DNA of 64,000 bases from Candidatus Eiseniibacteriota bacterium (GTDB taxonomy: Bacteria; Eisenbacteria; RBG-16-71-46; CAVPCR01), in assembly GCA_963702435.1 (NCBI GenBank), contig CAVPCR010000001.1, forward strand, positions 288,001 to 352,000, given 5' to 3'. Shown piece after piece: positions 48,256 to 58,839 of this stretch (position 1 is its first letter; the number at the start of each line of letters is the position of its first letter). Position numbers and translations under genes: made by a program. The notes beneath the pieces were generated by a model. The model had not been told where the DNA came from. It saw nothing but the letters and a program-made list of their open reading frames with translations, and made no database searches.

Positions 48256-49065
48256 CTACTCCTTCACCGCCTCGAAGCGGGCCAGCGGCGCCATCCTCGC
48301 CTTGTTGAGCGACAGCTTCTGCTCGTCCACGTAGCAGCTGTCGACCTCACCGAGGACCTTGAGGAACTCGGTCTCGACGGTCATGTCGAGACACGCCATC
48401 ATCGTGGCTGCGATCTTCGAGAAGCTCAGGCGACTCCCTTCCTTGTACTCGTACGCCCCGCCGAAGCTGTTGCAGCCGGCGAACCCGTGCATGGTCCCGT
48501 CCTTCTCGAAGATCAATGACGGAGCGGGCGGCCCGTCCGCCGGCTTCGGGACCGGCCGGCCCATGAGCTCGACGAGCCGCCAGGACGGGGCGAAGAGCGC
48601 CGCCGGCGCCGGAGAGGCCGCGGGCACCGCCGCGCCGCTCCCCTTGGCGAGCACGTACTTCGGCGCCAGGTCGCCCGTGATCCGGTTCCCCGCCTTGTCG
48701 AGCTGGATCAGGGCGTTCTCGCCGACCAGGTAGCGATCGGGGCCGTCGGCGAGGCCCGAGAGCTGGATCTTGTTCCCTTCCTCGTTCCAGCTGAAGGTCC
48801 CCTGCCGCTCGAACGCTTTCGCATCCTCGCCCAGGTACCTGGTCTTCATGACGTAGGTCCTGTCCTGATTCAGCGTGATCGAGGTCTCGATGCCCTCGCA
48901 ATCGGCACAGGGCACCACGCCGGAATAGGTTCCAGCCCAGTCGAGCGATGTCATGCTGTTGTCCGCCATCGGCGCCGCCTCTTCCGAGGTTCCGCTCTTC
49001 CCGGCGCACCCGCCCGCGATGATGCAGAGCGCCGCGATCGCGGCGCCGGCAGTCCACGATCTCAT
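48256..49065 (-). CDS. Lipoprotein with NlpE N-terminal domain and META (HslJ) domain
   Basis: Lipobox AGG-C; SLDWAGTYSGVVPCADCEGI; GFAGCNSFGG...ATMMAC. Confidence 0.88.
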   Translation of the reverse strand: MRSWTAGAAIAALCIIAGGCAGKSGTSEEAAPMADNSMTSLDWAGTYSGVVPCADCEGIETSITLNQDRTYVMKTRYLGEDAKAFERQGTFSWNEEGNKIQLSGLADGPDRYLVGENALIQLDKAGNRITGDLAPKYVLAKGSGAAVPAASPAPAALFAPSWRLVELMGRPVPKPADGPPAPSLIFEKDGTMHGFAGCNSFGGAYEYKEGSRLSFSKIAATMMACLDMTVETEFLKVLGEVDSCYVDEQKLSLNKARMAPLARFEAVKE

Positions 49066-49129
49066 GTCCTTGCACCTCTCCTTCGGTCGTGATCGCAAGC
49101 CGGCTCGCGGCTCCAGGCCGGGCAGGCTA

Positions 49130-51400
49130 TCACGGCGGCGCGCGGCGCGGTGACGAGTAGATGGGCTCGCCGCGCGCATAGGCCGCGATCTGCATCTCGT
49201 TCCGCTCGAGCACGGTCCGATCCCCGGCGGCGCGCGCGGCGTCGCGCGCCCTCTGCGCGGTCGCCGTCGCCTCGGCGAACGACCCGACCTCGGCCTGCGC
49301 CGCGGCCAGGACCGAGAGCGCCATCGCGTTCCGCGGCCCGAGCTCCCGCGCGAGCGCGCTGCCGAGCGCGAGGGCCTCCTCGCCGTTCCGATCGCGCGCC
49401 TCGGCCGCGGTGGCGAGGATCCAGACGAGCTGCAGGCGGAACGGGGCCTTCTCCGCCGCGTCCCGCGCGGCGGTGCGCAGCGCCGCGATGAGCTCGGCGG
49501 TCGTCCCCCAGGTGGAGAGCGCCTGGACGCGCGCGGCGTGCACGGCCGGATCGGCGGGATTCACCGCCACCGCCCGCGCGTAGCTCGCGCGCGCCGCATC
49601 GTACTTCCCCTGCGCGGCCTGCACGTCGCCGAGCATGGCGAGGACGCTCGCGTCGTCGATGCGGCGCCGGACATCCCAGTCCACGCGCCCCTGGTCGGGA
49701 TCGAAATCGAGCTCGACCAGGGCGCCGAGCACCGCCTCCGCCTCCCCCGGCCGGCCGAGGCGCCACAGGGCCTTGCCCTTGTTGAGGAGCGCCGGCGCGT
49801 AGTCCGGCTTCGCGCGCAGGCACTCCTCGGCGCGGCGGAGCGCCTCCGCGTGGCGTCCGGCGCGCAGATCGAGCGCCGCCAGGTTGTTCGACGCGAGGAG
49901 CGATCCCTCGCTCGGCGGCGGCACGAGCTGGATGACGCGCTCGAAATGCGCCGCCGCGTCCGCATGCTCGCCGCGCTTGTTGAGCTCCACCCCGTGGTTG
50001 AGCTGCGCGAGCCAGTTGCCCGGGCTCTTGGTGCAGGCGTCCGCCCACAGGATCTCGACATCGTGGAAGATCCGCGCGTGCCGGGAGGACAAGACCGCGA
50101 GGACGGCGAGGACGAGCGCCGCAGCCGCGGCGGCCGCCCGGGTCCGCGCCCGGCCGCGCTCCGCGCCGACCGCACCGAGAAGGCGGGCTCCCCCGCCCAC
50201 CGCGAGGATCAGGATGCCGATCGTGGCCAGGTAGGTGAAGTGATCGGACACCGGCGTGTAGCGCATGTAGGCGACGCGCACGAAGCCGAGCGCGGGGAAG
50301 ATGGTGGCGGCGTAGAAGAGGGCGGCGGCCAGGGTGCCGCGACCGATCCGACCGCGCCGGTAGCGGACGGCGAGGACTATCGCGAGCGCCGCCACGGACA
50401 GGGGAAAGAGCCATGGCCAGACCGCCGCCGCCGAGATCCGCCACGGCTCGTAGGTGAAGGAGAGATCCGCCGGCCAGAGGATCTTGGCCGGATAGAACCA
50501 GAAGGCGCGCCCGGCGACGAGGAGCCGCTCGGGGAACGTCCAGCCCCCGGCGTCCGCCCCGACGCGCGCCACGTGACGGTACTCGTGGGTCCGCGTCACC
50601 ATGCCCATCACGAAACCCATCACGAGCATGAGGCCGAGCGGGACGAGACGCGAGCGGGTGAGCGGACGGCGCTGGTACCAGAGGATGAGTCCGAGCGCGA
50701 TCGGCAACGAGGCGGTGATCGTCTTCGTGAACAGGGCAAGGGCGAACAGGAGAAGGCTCGAGACGCAGTCGAGCAGCCGGGACGTCCGGTCGAAGCGGAG
50801 GAAGGCGAGCGCAGAGAGGAGGTAGAAGAACGCGGAGAGCACGTTCTTCCGCTCGGTGATCCAGGCCACCGACTCGACGTGGATCGGATGCACGGCGAAG
50901 AGCGCGGCGACGAGCCAGGCGCCCGGCACGCCGATCCGGGCGAGGAGAAGGAAGAGCAGGATCGAGTTGGCGGCGTGCAGCACCACATTGGTGATGTGGA
51001 ATCCGCGCGCGTGGTCGATGCCCCAGATCGCCTTCTCGACGAGAAACGACGTGTAGAGCATCGGGTAGTACTGCTGGTTCACGCCGCTTCCGGGATCCCA
51101 GATCCGGGCGAGGCCGCCGCTCTCGACGATCAGCGGATTGAGCGTCAGGTAGTCGTCGTCATCCCAGATGAAACCGGCGTTGTAGACGGGGATGTAGACG
51201 ATGGCGACGGCGGCGGCGAGGAGGAGGATGCCGAGGAGGCCGCGCGCAGTCGGCCGGCCGGCCGGCGCCGGTGCACCGCGGCGGGCTGCGGCCGTCGCCG
51301 GTGCACCGCGGCGGGCTGCGGCCGGCGCCGGTGCACCGCGGCGGGCTGCGGCCGTCGCCGGCGAATGCGGTTCCTTGTCCTTCTCGCTCTTCCTGGCCAC
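49130..51400 (-). CDS. TMTC-like GT-C glycosyltransferase (putative protein O-mannosyltransferase) with C-terminal TPRs
   Basis: FIWDDDDY, FHITNVVLH, FAVHPIHVESVAWITERK, multiple TM helices, TPRs. Confidence 0.85.
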   Translation of the reverse strand: MARKSEKDKEPHSPATAAARRGAPAPAAARRGAPATAAARRGAPAPAGRPTARGLLGILLLAAAVAIVYIPVYNAGFIWDDDDYLTLNPLIVESGGLARIWDPGSGVNQQYYPMLYTSFLVEKAIWGIDHARGFHITNVVLHAANSILLFLLLARIGVPGAWLVAALFAVHPIHVESVAWITERKNVLSAFFYLLSALAFLRFDRTSRLLDCVSSLLLFALALFTKTITASLPIALGLILWYQRRPLTRSRLVPLGLMLVMGFVMGMVTRTHEYRHVARVGADAGGWTFPERLLVAGRAFWFYPAKILWPADLSFTYEPWRISAAAVWPWLFPLSVAALAIVLAVRYRRGRIGRGTLAAALFYAATIFPALGFVRVAYMRYTPVSDHFTYLATIGILILAVGGGARLLGAVGAERGRARTRAAAAAAALVLAVLAVLSSRHARIFHDVEILWADACTKSPGNWLAQLNHGVELNKRGEHADAAAHFERVIQLVPPPSEGSLLASNNLAALDLRAGRHAEALRRAEECLRAKPDYAPALLNKGKALWRLGRPGEAEAVLGALVELDFDPDQGRVDWDVRRRIDDASVLAMLGDVQAAQGKYDAARASYARAVAVNPADPAVHAARVQALSTWGTTAELIAALRTAARDAAEKAPFRLQLVWILATAAEARDRNGEEALALGSALARELGPRNAMALSVLAAAQAEVGSFAEATATAQRARDAARAAGDRTVLERNEMQIAAYARGEPIYSSPRRAPP
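51261..51361. repeat. 30-bp tandem repeat, 3.3 copies, at the N-terminus of the TMTC-like gene (PA(T/P)AAARRGA)
   Basis: Units at 51261, 51291, 51321 and a partial copy at 51351. Confidence 0.9.
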
Positions 51401-51572
51401 GGACGACGCGCCTCCCGAACATGCGGACCTCGACGCACCGGGAGTCTATCAGGTCCGCCGATGCGGGGCTCCGCGACGCACCGGGATTCGCTCCACCCGG
51501 CATGGTTGATGCCCGAGCCGGCATCAATTGATGCCCGAGATCATCCGAAGTGCCTGGATCAGGAGGTACGCC

Positions 51573-52201
51573 GTGCAATCTGCAATGAGTCGAGCCGTCC
51601 TCGCGTCGTTCCTCGCCCTCACCGCGGGCTGCGGTGGAAGCAGCACCCTCATGCCCCCGCGCTTCGACCTCGCATCCTTCCAGCGGATCGGGCTCATCCG
51701 GTTCTCATCGAACGCCGAGGACGACATCGAAACGCTCGCGAGCCGGGAGTTCCTGGAGAGTGTGCAGTCCTCACAGCCGGGAGTGCCGGTCCTCGAGCTG
51801 GGGAACGAGAAGGAGGTGCTGGCGGCGATCGGGCGGGATCGGATCGATCCGGCCGCGGTCAAGGCCCTGGGCCAGGCCTACGACATCGACGCGGTGATCG
51901 TCGGCGACCGGCCGTCACCGACGTGAAGCCGCGGGTGGACATCGCGCGGGTGCTGAGCTCGGCGAGCGTCGCGGCGGATGTCGAGGCGGCGTTGACGACG
52001 CGCATCCTCGATGCGGAGAGCGGAGCGACCCTGTGGACCCGGTCGGCGCGCTCGGAGCAATCGGTGGCGAACGCCGGAGTGGACGCGGGCGGCGGCTTCC
52101 ACTTCGAGACGCGGGACCCCGAGGCCGCCTACGGCAGCCTCGTCCAGCATCTCGTCCACACGGTGACCGAGGATTTCCGCCCCTACTGGGTGAAACAGTA
52201 G
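51573..52201 (+). pseudogene. Lipoprotein (CsgG/LpoB-like fold) split by a 1-nt frameshift near 51909; pseudogene or assembly error
   Basis: AGGAGG then GTG; lipobox TAG-C; frame 1 ends DAVIVGDRPSPT* and the shifted frame continues AVTDVKPRVD...RILDAESGATLW. Confidence 0.7.
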
Positions 52202-52231
52202 GCTCCGCGCGCGGCGCGGGCATGGCGACGA

Positions 52232-52290
52232 GCCGCACGGTCGCGGCGCCGGGCGGGATCCGGTGCCGCACGGTCGCGGCGCCGGGCGGG
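52232..52290. repeat. 26-bp direct repeat, 2 copies, between convergent genes
   Basis: gccgcacggtcgcggcgccgggcggg twice, about 33-bp period. Confidence 0.8.
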
Positions 52291-52370
52291 CGCCGGTGCT
52301 GCGGGGAGCGGCCCCGGATCCCCCGGAGCCGTGCCCTCGCCACACCCGCGCCTGCCGCCGGGATGCGCAG

Positions 52371-54050
52371 TTACGGGAGCTTCACGACCTTGCGCTGCGT
52401 CGTGAAGTTGCCCGCCTGGAGCCGGACGAAGTAGACCCCCGCCGGAAGCGGACGTCCGCCGCTGCCCTCGCCGTTCCACACCACCTCGTGCCGCCCCGCG
52501 CTCAGACGACCCTGCGTGATCGTCCGGATCAGGGCGCCGGTGGGGCTGTAGACATTGACAGTCACCTCGTCTTCGGCCGGCTGCTCGAAGGCCAGGACGG
52601 TCGTCGAGCGGAACGGGTTCGGCGCCGCCGGGGAGAGGCGCGCCGCGAGCGGGCTCGTGCTCTCCGCCACGCTCACGTTGCCGACGGCAACCTGGTCGTA
52701 GTAGACGTTCGGGTCCTTCCGCGGCGCCCCGCCGGCGAGATCGTCGCGATTGTCCGACCACACGACGTGGAAAACGCCGTCCACGCCGCACGCGACGTTG
52801 TAATCACCCATGTACACCGAGTTGACCACGCTGTCGCGTCCGAACTCGGGCAGCGACGGGGTGTCGCTGATGGCAACGCTGGGCGAGAACGTCACGGTGG
52901 ACCCGGTGATCGCACCGACGCGTCCGTAGTACTTGAACAGGTTGTTGCCGGCGTCCTCCTGCCGGCTGTAGTAGAAGATGCCGAGCTGGTCTCCGGCCGG
53001 GGTGACGGCGATGGTCGGCATCCACTGGTCGGTCGTGGTGACGTCATCGTTGACGCGGGTCGGGGTTGACCAGGTGGCGCCGCCGTCGGTCGACATCACC
53101 ATGAAGACATCCGCCTTGTCGGTCCCCGGTACGTTGTCGTTGTAGGTCAGGTACAGGTGGCCGGTCACCGGGTTGATCGCGGCGTGCGGGAAGGAATTGG
53201 AGCGGAAGGCCGACGCGGAGACCAGGCCCTGGCGGATCCCGGTGAGGCCGAGGTCGCCGTTGATGCCGGGGGCGGTGAGCCCGCTGACCACGGTGACCGG
53301 CGCCCCGAAGGTGAGGCCCAGATCGGCCGACTTGCGCATCTGCAAGGTCGAGCTGGCAAGCCAGAAGACGTAGACCGCGTGGTCCGGACCGATGGCGACG
53401 TATGCGCCCTGCTGGCCCGTGGTGACGAGCACGCCGCCGTTCGGCCCGAAGGTGACACCCTGATCGAGCGATCGATAGAGGCGGATACCGTTCCCACCGC
53501 CGAAGGAGCGGCTCGCAATGTAGACGTTACCGTTCCCCGCCCCCGGGAAGTTGTCGACCGCCATCCATGGCTTGTCCTCGGATGATCCGCCCGGGGTGCC
53601 GTTGACCGGCACGGACCACGTCACCCCGTTATCGTCAGAGCGGAACACCTGGAGGGTGCTGATGGTGAAGCCCAGGGTGACCAAGTAGATGCGCCCCGTG
53701 GTCGCGTCGCGAGCGAGCAACGGATCTCCCGCGTCGCCGCCGGCATTGGCCGGCAGGATGCCGCCGTCGGTGAACGTGGCGCCGCCATCGACGGAATAGG
53801 ACCAGCCGGTGAAGCGCGATCCGTTCGCATTCGATCCCGAGTCGTTGAACCCGACGACCACCGAGTTCCCGAACGCGAGGAGACTGGTCTCGCTCTGCGT
53901 GAAGCGCGATGTGCCCGATGATCCAGCGTTGTTGTTCACGAGTTGGTCGACCGCGGCAATCTGGGCGAATGCCGACCCACCGAGCAGGGCGCTCGCCACG
54001 GCGAAGGACACGAGGCACGAGATGACTACAGGAGCCGTCACGATCTTCAT
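52371..54050 (-). CDS. Secreted BNR/Asp-box (sialidase-like) propeller protein with FlgD-Ig/sorting domain
   Basis: Five SxDxGxT(F/W) Asp-boxes, DKPWMAVD, GDY; C-terminal APNPFR...WNG...GVYFVRL. Confidence 0.85.
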   Translation of the reverse strand: MKIVTAPVVISCLVSFAVASALLGGSAFAQIAAVDQLVNNNAGSSGTSRFTQSETSLLAFGNSVVVGFNDSGSNANGSRFTGWSYSVDGGATFTDGGILPANAGGDAGDPLLARDATTGRIYLVTLGFTISTLQVFRSDDNGVTWSVPVNGTPGGSSEDKPWMAVDNFPGAGNGNVYIASRSFGGGNGIRLYRSLDQGVTFGPNGGVLVTTGQQGAYVAIGPDHAVYVFWLASSTLQMRKSADLGLTFGAPVTVVSGLTAPGINGDLGLTGIRQGLVSASAFRSNSFPHAAINPVTGHLYLTYNDNVPGTDKADVFMVMSTDGGATWSTPTRVNDDVTTTDQWMPTIAVTPAGDQLGIFYYSRQEDAGNNLFKYYGRVGAITGSTVTFSPSVAISDTPSLPEFGRDSVVNSVYMGDYNVACGVDGVFHVVWSDNRDDLAGGAPRKDPNVYYDQVAVGNVSVAESTSPLAARLSPAAPNPFRSTTVLAFEQPAEDEVTVNVYSPTGALIRTITQGRLSAGRHEVVWNGEGSGGRPLPAGVYFVRLQAGNFTTQRKVVKLP

Positions 54051-54689
54051 GTGTATCCTCATCGATGAGATGGAAGAGGCGTGTCGCCCGCGGCCGCCTC
54101 CGAACCGGGGAGGCTCTTCCGGGGGGGAGCGGGACCAACCTCGCGCTCCGCTTGCACTTCGGGCTCGGTGCACACGAAGCGCGTCAAAGAGGCGAATCAT
54201 AACATGGAGACTCACGTTGCCTCAACGGGAGGCTTCATCACATGCCCATGACGTAACCGAAGGCGGATCACCGGATCGCATGCGCGCCTCGCTTGCGTGC
54301 CGGCGCCATCGATCGAGCCCTCGTCGACGCGATCGCCCGGGGCCGCGCGAAGGGGATGCAGAGGGTCAGGATCTAACACCGCCGTGGTAGATCCGTGCGT
54401 TCCAGGTGCGCCCGGCGGCGTCCTCGCCACCGCCCCCCCGCAGCGGCTTCCCCTGCCGGCCTGGCGGGTGCATACTTGCCGTCGCGATGCCTGAGCCCGG
54501 TTGGGAGACTCTGACGAGGTCTCCACTCCCGGCCGAGTGACCCGCACCGCATCGATCCGCAGGCGGGACCACAGGTCTTGCCACGGGCTGGCGAGAGCGC
54601 CGGTGCGCCTTCCACGGCACGCGGCATGACTCCGAACCCCGCCGCACGGCACCCTTCATGCGAGCCATTCCATGCAAGGAGGCACTGCA

Positions 54690-55535
54690 ATGACGGCAAG
54701 GATCCATGCACGCTCTACGGCCGTCGCGATCGGCGCCCTCATGCTCGTCGCGACCGCAGCTATTGCCCAGTACTCGACCGATCTCGAAGCTCTCAACGCG
54801 GCACCGGGCGGGGTCATCCTGACCGGCCAGGACGGCTGGACTCTGCCGGCCGCGAGTGTCGACTGGAGGGTCTACACCTACGCCGGCAACACGCTCGCCC
54901 TGCCGCCGAACCCGACCGGCGGCGCCAAGTTCGCCGGGGGCACGAGCCAGGGCGGAACCAGCTACGCCCGTGCCGAGCATCCGCTCACGCCCGGCGCGAT
55001 TCCCCAGTGGCAGGCGAGCTACGACTTCGCCGCCACCTTCCTGGGCACGCCGCCGGCGACGCAGAATCTCGGCAGCTTCTCCATCAACCCGCTGCCGCAG
55101 GACTACATCCACCTCGCAACCTGGGTGGATGTAAACGTTCCGACGTCGTTCAACTTCTATTACCTGGCGTACGACGCGGCCGGTGTGCAGTTCGTGGCGC
55201 CCGGTCAGATCCCCGGGCCGGCCTGGAGCAACCTCGCGCTCAACCACTGGTACCGGGCCTGGGAGGTATTCGACTTCTCGATCAACCGGATCATCCAAGT
55301 CGGGATTCGCGACCTGACGAGCGGCATCCAGTCCGTCGTCTCGCCAGTCGGCTGGTACCTCGAAGGAGGAGCCGGGGGTTCGACGGCGCCGACCACCGCC
55401 TTCCGTTTCTTCGCCGGAGGGACGGTGGCAGGCAATACCTTCGCCTTCGACAACCTCTCGATCGAGCCGCAGGGCCCGACCGCGGTCGAGCAAACCACCT
55501 GGGGCCGCATCAAGTCGACGTATCGTACCGAGTGA
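54690..55535 (+). CDS. Secreted protein of unknown function with C-terminal TAVEQTTWGRIKSTY motif
   Basis: AAGGAGG RBS, signal peptide ending AIA-Q, beta-rich body. Confidence 0.8.
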   Translation: MTARIHARSTAVAIGALMLVATAAIAQYSTDLEALNAAPGGVILTGQDGWTLPAASVDWRVYTYAGNTLALPPNPTGGAKFAGGTSQGGTSYARAEHPLTPGAIPQWQASYDFAATFLGTPPATQNLGSFSINPLPQDYIHLATWVDVNVPTSFNFYYLAYDAAGVQFVAPGQIPGPAWSNLALNHWYRAWEVFDFSINRIIQVGIRDLTSGIQSVVSPVGWYLEGGAGGSTAPTTAFRFFAGGTVAGNTFAFDNLSIEPQGPTAVEQTTWGRIKSTYRTE

Positions 55536-55649
55536 GCGGGCGCAGTCCGGCCAGTCGAGACCGCTGATCAAACGACCCCCATGGCCTGCACGCATCGTGC
55601 GTGTCGGGCCGTGGGGGTCGTTGGGTTTACTTCCCGGCCGCCGCGGGCC

Positions 55650-56918
55650 TCAGCGCGAGGCGTCCCCCTCCCGCTCGAGCGGGGACCTGGCCTTCAGGAG
55701 AGCAGCGAACTTCTCTCGCACCTTCGCGACCTTGGGCAGCGCCACCATGCGCACGTAGCCCTGGTTGGGGTTCAGGCAGACGTAGTTCTGGTGATGTGTC
55801 TCGGCAGGATAGAAGCCGGTCAGGGGCTCGAGGGTGGTGACGATCGGCTTCGCGAGAGCCCTGGCGGCGGTCAGGTCCTGGATGAAGGCCGCGGCCAGTT
55901 CCTTCTCCCTCTCGTTCGCAAAGAAGATGGCGGATCGGTACTGCGGTCCGACGTCACTCCCCTGGCGATTCTTGGTCGTCGGATCATGGGTGGCGAAGAA
56001 GACCTCGAGGAGCTTCTCGTAGGAGATCTTCCGCGGATCGTAGACGATCTCGATCGACTCGGCGTGGCCCGTGGTGCCCGTGCAGACGCTCTCGTAGTCG
56101 GCCGTCTCCCTGGTCCCTCCCGCGTAACCGGAGATCGCATCGATCACCCCGTCGAGCTCCTCGAACACGGCCTCCGTGCACCAGAAGCAGCCGCCTGCGA
56201 ACACGGCGGTGGCCCGCTCGGGCGAGCCTGCGATTGCCGCCTCGGCGCCCGCCGCCGTGGCCCCTGCAGCACGCATCGCCGCCGGATCGGCGAGGGCGCG
56301 GAGGTCGGCCAGCAGCGTGAAGACCAGCGACTCCGAGTTGAGGCAGTAGCGCAATCCGGTCGGCCGCGGTCCGTCGTCGAAGACATGGCCGAGGTGGGCG
56401 TCGCAGCGCGCACACAGGATCTCGGTGCGGGCCATGCCGAGACTGCGATCGCTCTCCTCGGCCACGTTGCCCTCCGCGATGGGAGCGAAGAAGCTCGGCC
56501 ATCCGGTCCCGGACTGGAACTTGCTCGCCGAGGAGAAGAGGGGAAGCCGGCAACAAACGCAGGAGTAGACCCCTTCCTGCTTGTTGTCGAGCAGGATCCC
56601 GCAGAAGGGCCGTTCGGTCCCCTTGCCGCGAGCGATCCGGAACTGCTCGGGGGTCAGCTGCGCCTCCCACTCGGCGTCGCTCTTGACCACTTTCTCCACG
56701 GCGATGGGGCCGATCAGCTCCCCGCGGTCGTCGAACACATGCACTTGCACGGTGGACTGCCCTCCGATCGTCGCTCGCTCTGTGTCCAGATGTTGGCCGG
56801 CGCGCGCCTCCCCCGCCTCGGGCCGGGATCCGCGGTTGCTCACCGCGAGGTACGCGACAACCATCATGACTACTACGATCACCGTGGCCAGTATCGCGAT
56901 ACGCATCGCGCTCGGCAT
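55650..56918 (-). CDS. msrAB: Membrane-anchored bifunctional methionine sulfoxide reductase (MsrB-MsrA order)
   Basis: [35 protein letters not shown] (MsrB); [26 protein letters not shown] (MsrA). Confidence 0.93.
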   Translation of the reverse strand: MPSAMRIAILATVIVVVMMVVAYLAVSNRGSRPEAGEARAGQHLDTERATIGGQSTVQVHVFDDRGELIGPIAVEKVVKSDAEWEAQLTPEQFRIARGKGTERPFCGILLDNKQEGVYSCVCCRLPLFSSASKFQSGTGWPSFFAPIAEGNVAEESDRSLGMARTEILCARCDAHLGHVFDDGPRPTGLRYCLNSESLVFTLLADLRALADPAAMRAAGATAAGAEAAIAGSPERATAVFAGGCFWCTEAVFEELDGVIDAISGYAGGTRETADYESVCTGTTGHAESIEIVYDPRKISYEKLLEVFFATHDPTTKNRQGSDVGPQYRSAIFFANEREKELAAAFIQDLTAARALAKPIVTTLEPLTGFYPAETHHQNYVCLNPNQGYVRMVALPKVAKVREKFAALLKARSPLEREGDASR

Positions 56919-57176
56919 CGCCACATCATCCTCCGCCCGTGCTTTCTCACGGCGACCGCTCGGGGGAGGCGGGATCGCCGGGCTCGGGTCCAGCATTCTA
57001 CCCCGCGACCGCCACCGGGGTCCCGGGGTGGCGCCGCCGCACTTTCCTCCCCGCACGCTCCGATCTACACTCATAGGCGGGACGGCCCAGGCATCCCATC
57101 GCGATTGCTCCGACCCGCCTGCCCGCGCCGGCGACCTGCATCCCGGAGGCGCTCCTTGCGACTGCTCCGTTTCGCC

Positions 57177-58763
57177 GTGAACCGCGCCGTGAACCGCCGC
57201 CCCCGGCTTCCGGCCCGCTCGCTGCCGATCGTCGCACTGCTCGCGTGGAGCGTTCTGGCCGCCTCCTCCGCGCGGGGAGACGGAGATCTGATCCCGGTGG
57301 GGCCGGCGGTCGGTGCGGAGGAGAGCCGCGACTCGAGACTCCTCCCCACCGGCTTCCGCAAGGGACCCTATCTGATCTACACCGGGGACCCGACCACGAT
57401 GCGCGTCCTCTGGCAGGCCCATGAGACCGCCCCCTGCCTGCTCGAGTGGGGAACGAACACGCAGTATGCGGACGGCCTGGTCGAGACGATGGAGTACGGC
57501 ACCGACCATCAGCACACGCATCTGATCGACAACCTCGCCCCCGGCACCCGCTACTTCTACCGCGTGCTCCTCGGCGGGAACTCCCTTGCCGCCTCGTTCG
57601 TCACCGCACCCGATGTCGACGCCGACGCGGTCAAGTTCATGCTCCACGGCGACACGCAGGCCAATGCGGCGAGCCACGACTCGGTCTGCGCCGCCATGAT
57701 CGGCGAGTATCTTGCCGATCCCGCTTACCAGTCCCTGATCCTGGGCGTGGGCGACCTGTCGAACTTCGGCATGCTCGAGTCAGACTGGGATCAGTACTTC
57801 TTCAATCCGGACCGGGTGCACATCCGCGAGCGGCTGGCTCACGTACCCTTCAACACCGCGATCGGGAACCACGAGCTCTACGAGAGCGCCACGACCTATG
57901 ATCTCGACGCTCCGTTGTTCCGCAAGTACTTCCCCTACCCGTTCGTTGCGGATCGCTACTGGTCCTTCGACTACGGACCTGCTCATATCCTCGTCGCCGA
58001 CCTCTATCCCTGGTACTACGATCCGGGGCTTCCGAACATCATCCCGCCCGGCTTCATCTCGCCCGAGCAGGCCGAGTGGATCAAGGACGACCTCGCGGCG
58101 ACTGACCAGACCTGGAAGATCGTGATCATCCACGAGCCGGGCTGGTCCGCCGGTCCCCATCCCAACAACCCGTCGGTGCAGGACACCCTGCACGCGCTCT
58201 GCGCGACCTACGACGTCGACATCGTCTTCTCCGGACACAACCACTACTACGCCAGAGCCGATGTGGACGAGATCCCCTACATCACGACGAGCGGCGGAGC
58301 GCGCCTCTACGGGCCGGTGCCCGGCAGTCCCCATGTCGTCCTGAGCAGGCGCGACCACCACTACTTGAAGATCGCGATCAACGGATCGGTGCTCGACTTC
58401 CGGGCGGTGCGGCCGGATGGAGAGATCATCGACCAGTTCACCATCGTCAAGAACATCGCGGTGCCGGACAGAGCGCAGCAGGCACCGCCGCTGCGGCTGC
58501 ATCAGAACCGTCCGAATCCGTTCCGCCCCCGCACCGCGATCGCCTTCGATCTCGCGGCGGCCTCGGCGGTGAGCTTGCGCATCTACGATGTCGGCGGCCG
58601 TCTCGTCCGCACCCTGGTCGATGCGGAGCTCGACCCCGCGACGTACAGCTTCGATTGGGACGGGCGCGACGCCGCCGGGCGCCGGGTGGGGGCCGGCACC
58701 TACTGGTACCGGCTGACCACTCCCCACCACGCGGCTGCCAGGAAGCTCGTCATCGCGCGCTGA
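57177..58763 (+). CDS. Purple-acid-phosphatase-type metallophosphoesterase with FN3 domain and FlgD-Ig/sorting domain (start approximate)
   Basis: GDTQ, GDL, GNHE, IHEP, GHNH motifs; C-terminal QNRPNPF...[12 protein letters not shown]...WDGRD. Confidence 0.88.
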   Translation: MNRAVNRRPRLPARSLPIVALLAWSVLAASSARGDGDLIPVGPAVGAEESRDSRLLPTGFRKGPYLIYTGDPTTMRVLWQAHETAPCLLEWGTNTQYADGLVETMEYGTDHQHTHLIDNLAPGTRYFYRVLLGGNSLAASFVTAPDVDADAVKFMLHGDTQANAASHDSVCAAMIGEYLADPAYQSLILGVGDLSNFGMLESDWDQYFFNPDRVHIRERLAHVPFNTAIGNHELYESATTYDLDAPLFRKYFPYPFVADRYWSFDYGPAHILVADLYPWYYDPGLPNIIPPGFISPEQAEWIKDDLAATDQTWKIVIIHEPGWSAGPHPNNPSVQDTLHALCATYDVDIVFSGHNHYYARADVDEIPYITTSGGARLYGPVPGSPHVVLSRRDHHYLKIAINGSVLDFRAVRPDGEIIDQFTIVKNIAVPDRAQQAPPLRLHQNRPNPFRPRTAIAFDLAAASAVSLRIYDVGGRLVRTLVDAELDPATYSFDWDGRDAAGRRVGAGTYWYRLTTPHHAAARKLVIAR

Positions 58764-58839
58764 TCGTCCGCCGGCGCAGGATGGGCGGCGGCGCTGCCGC
58801 GGTCCCCGTGCAACCGGATATCCGGCCTGCGCGCGGAGC

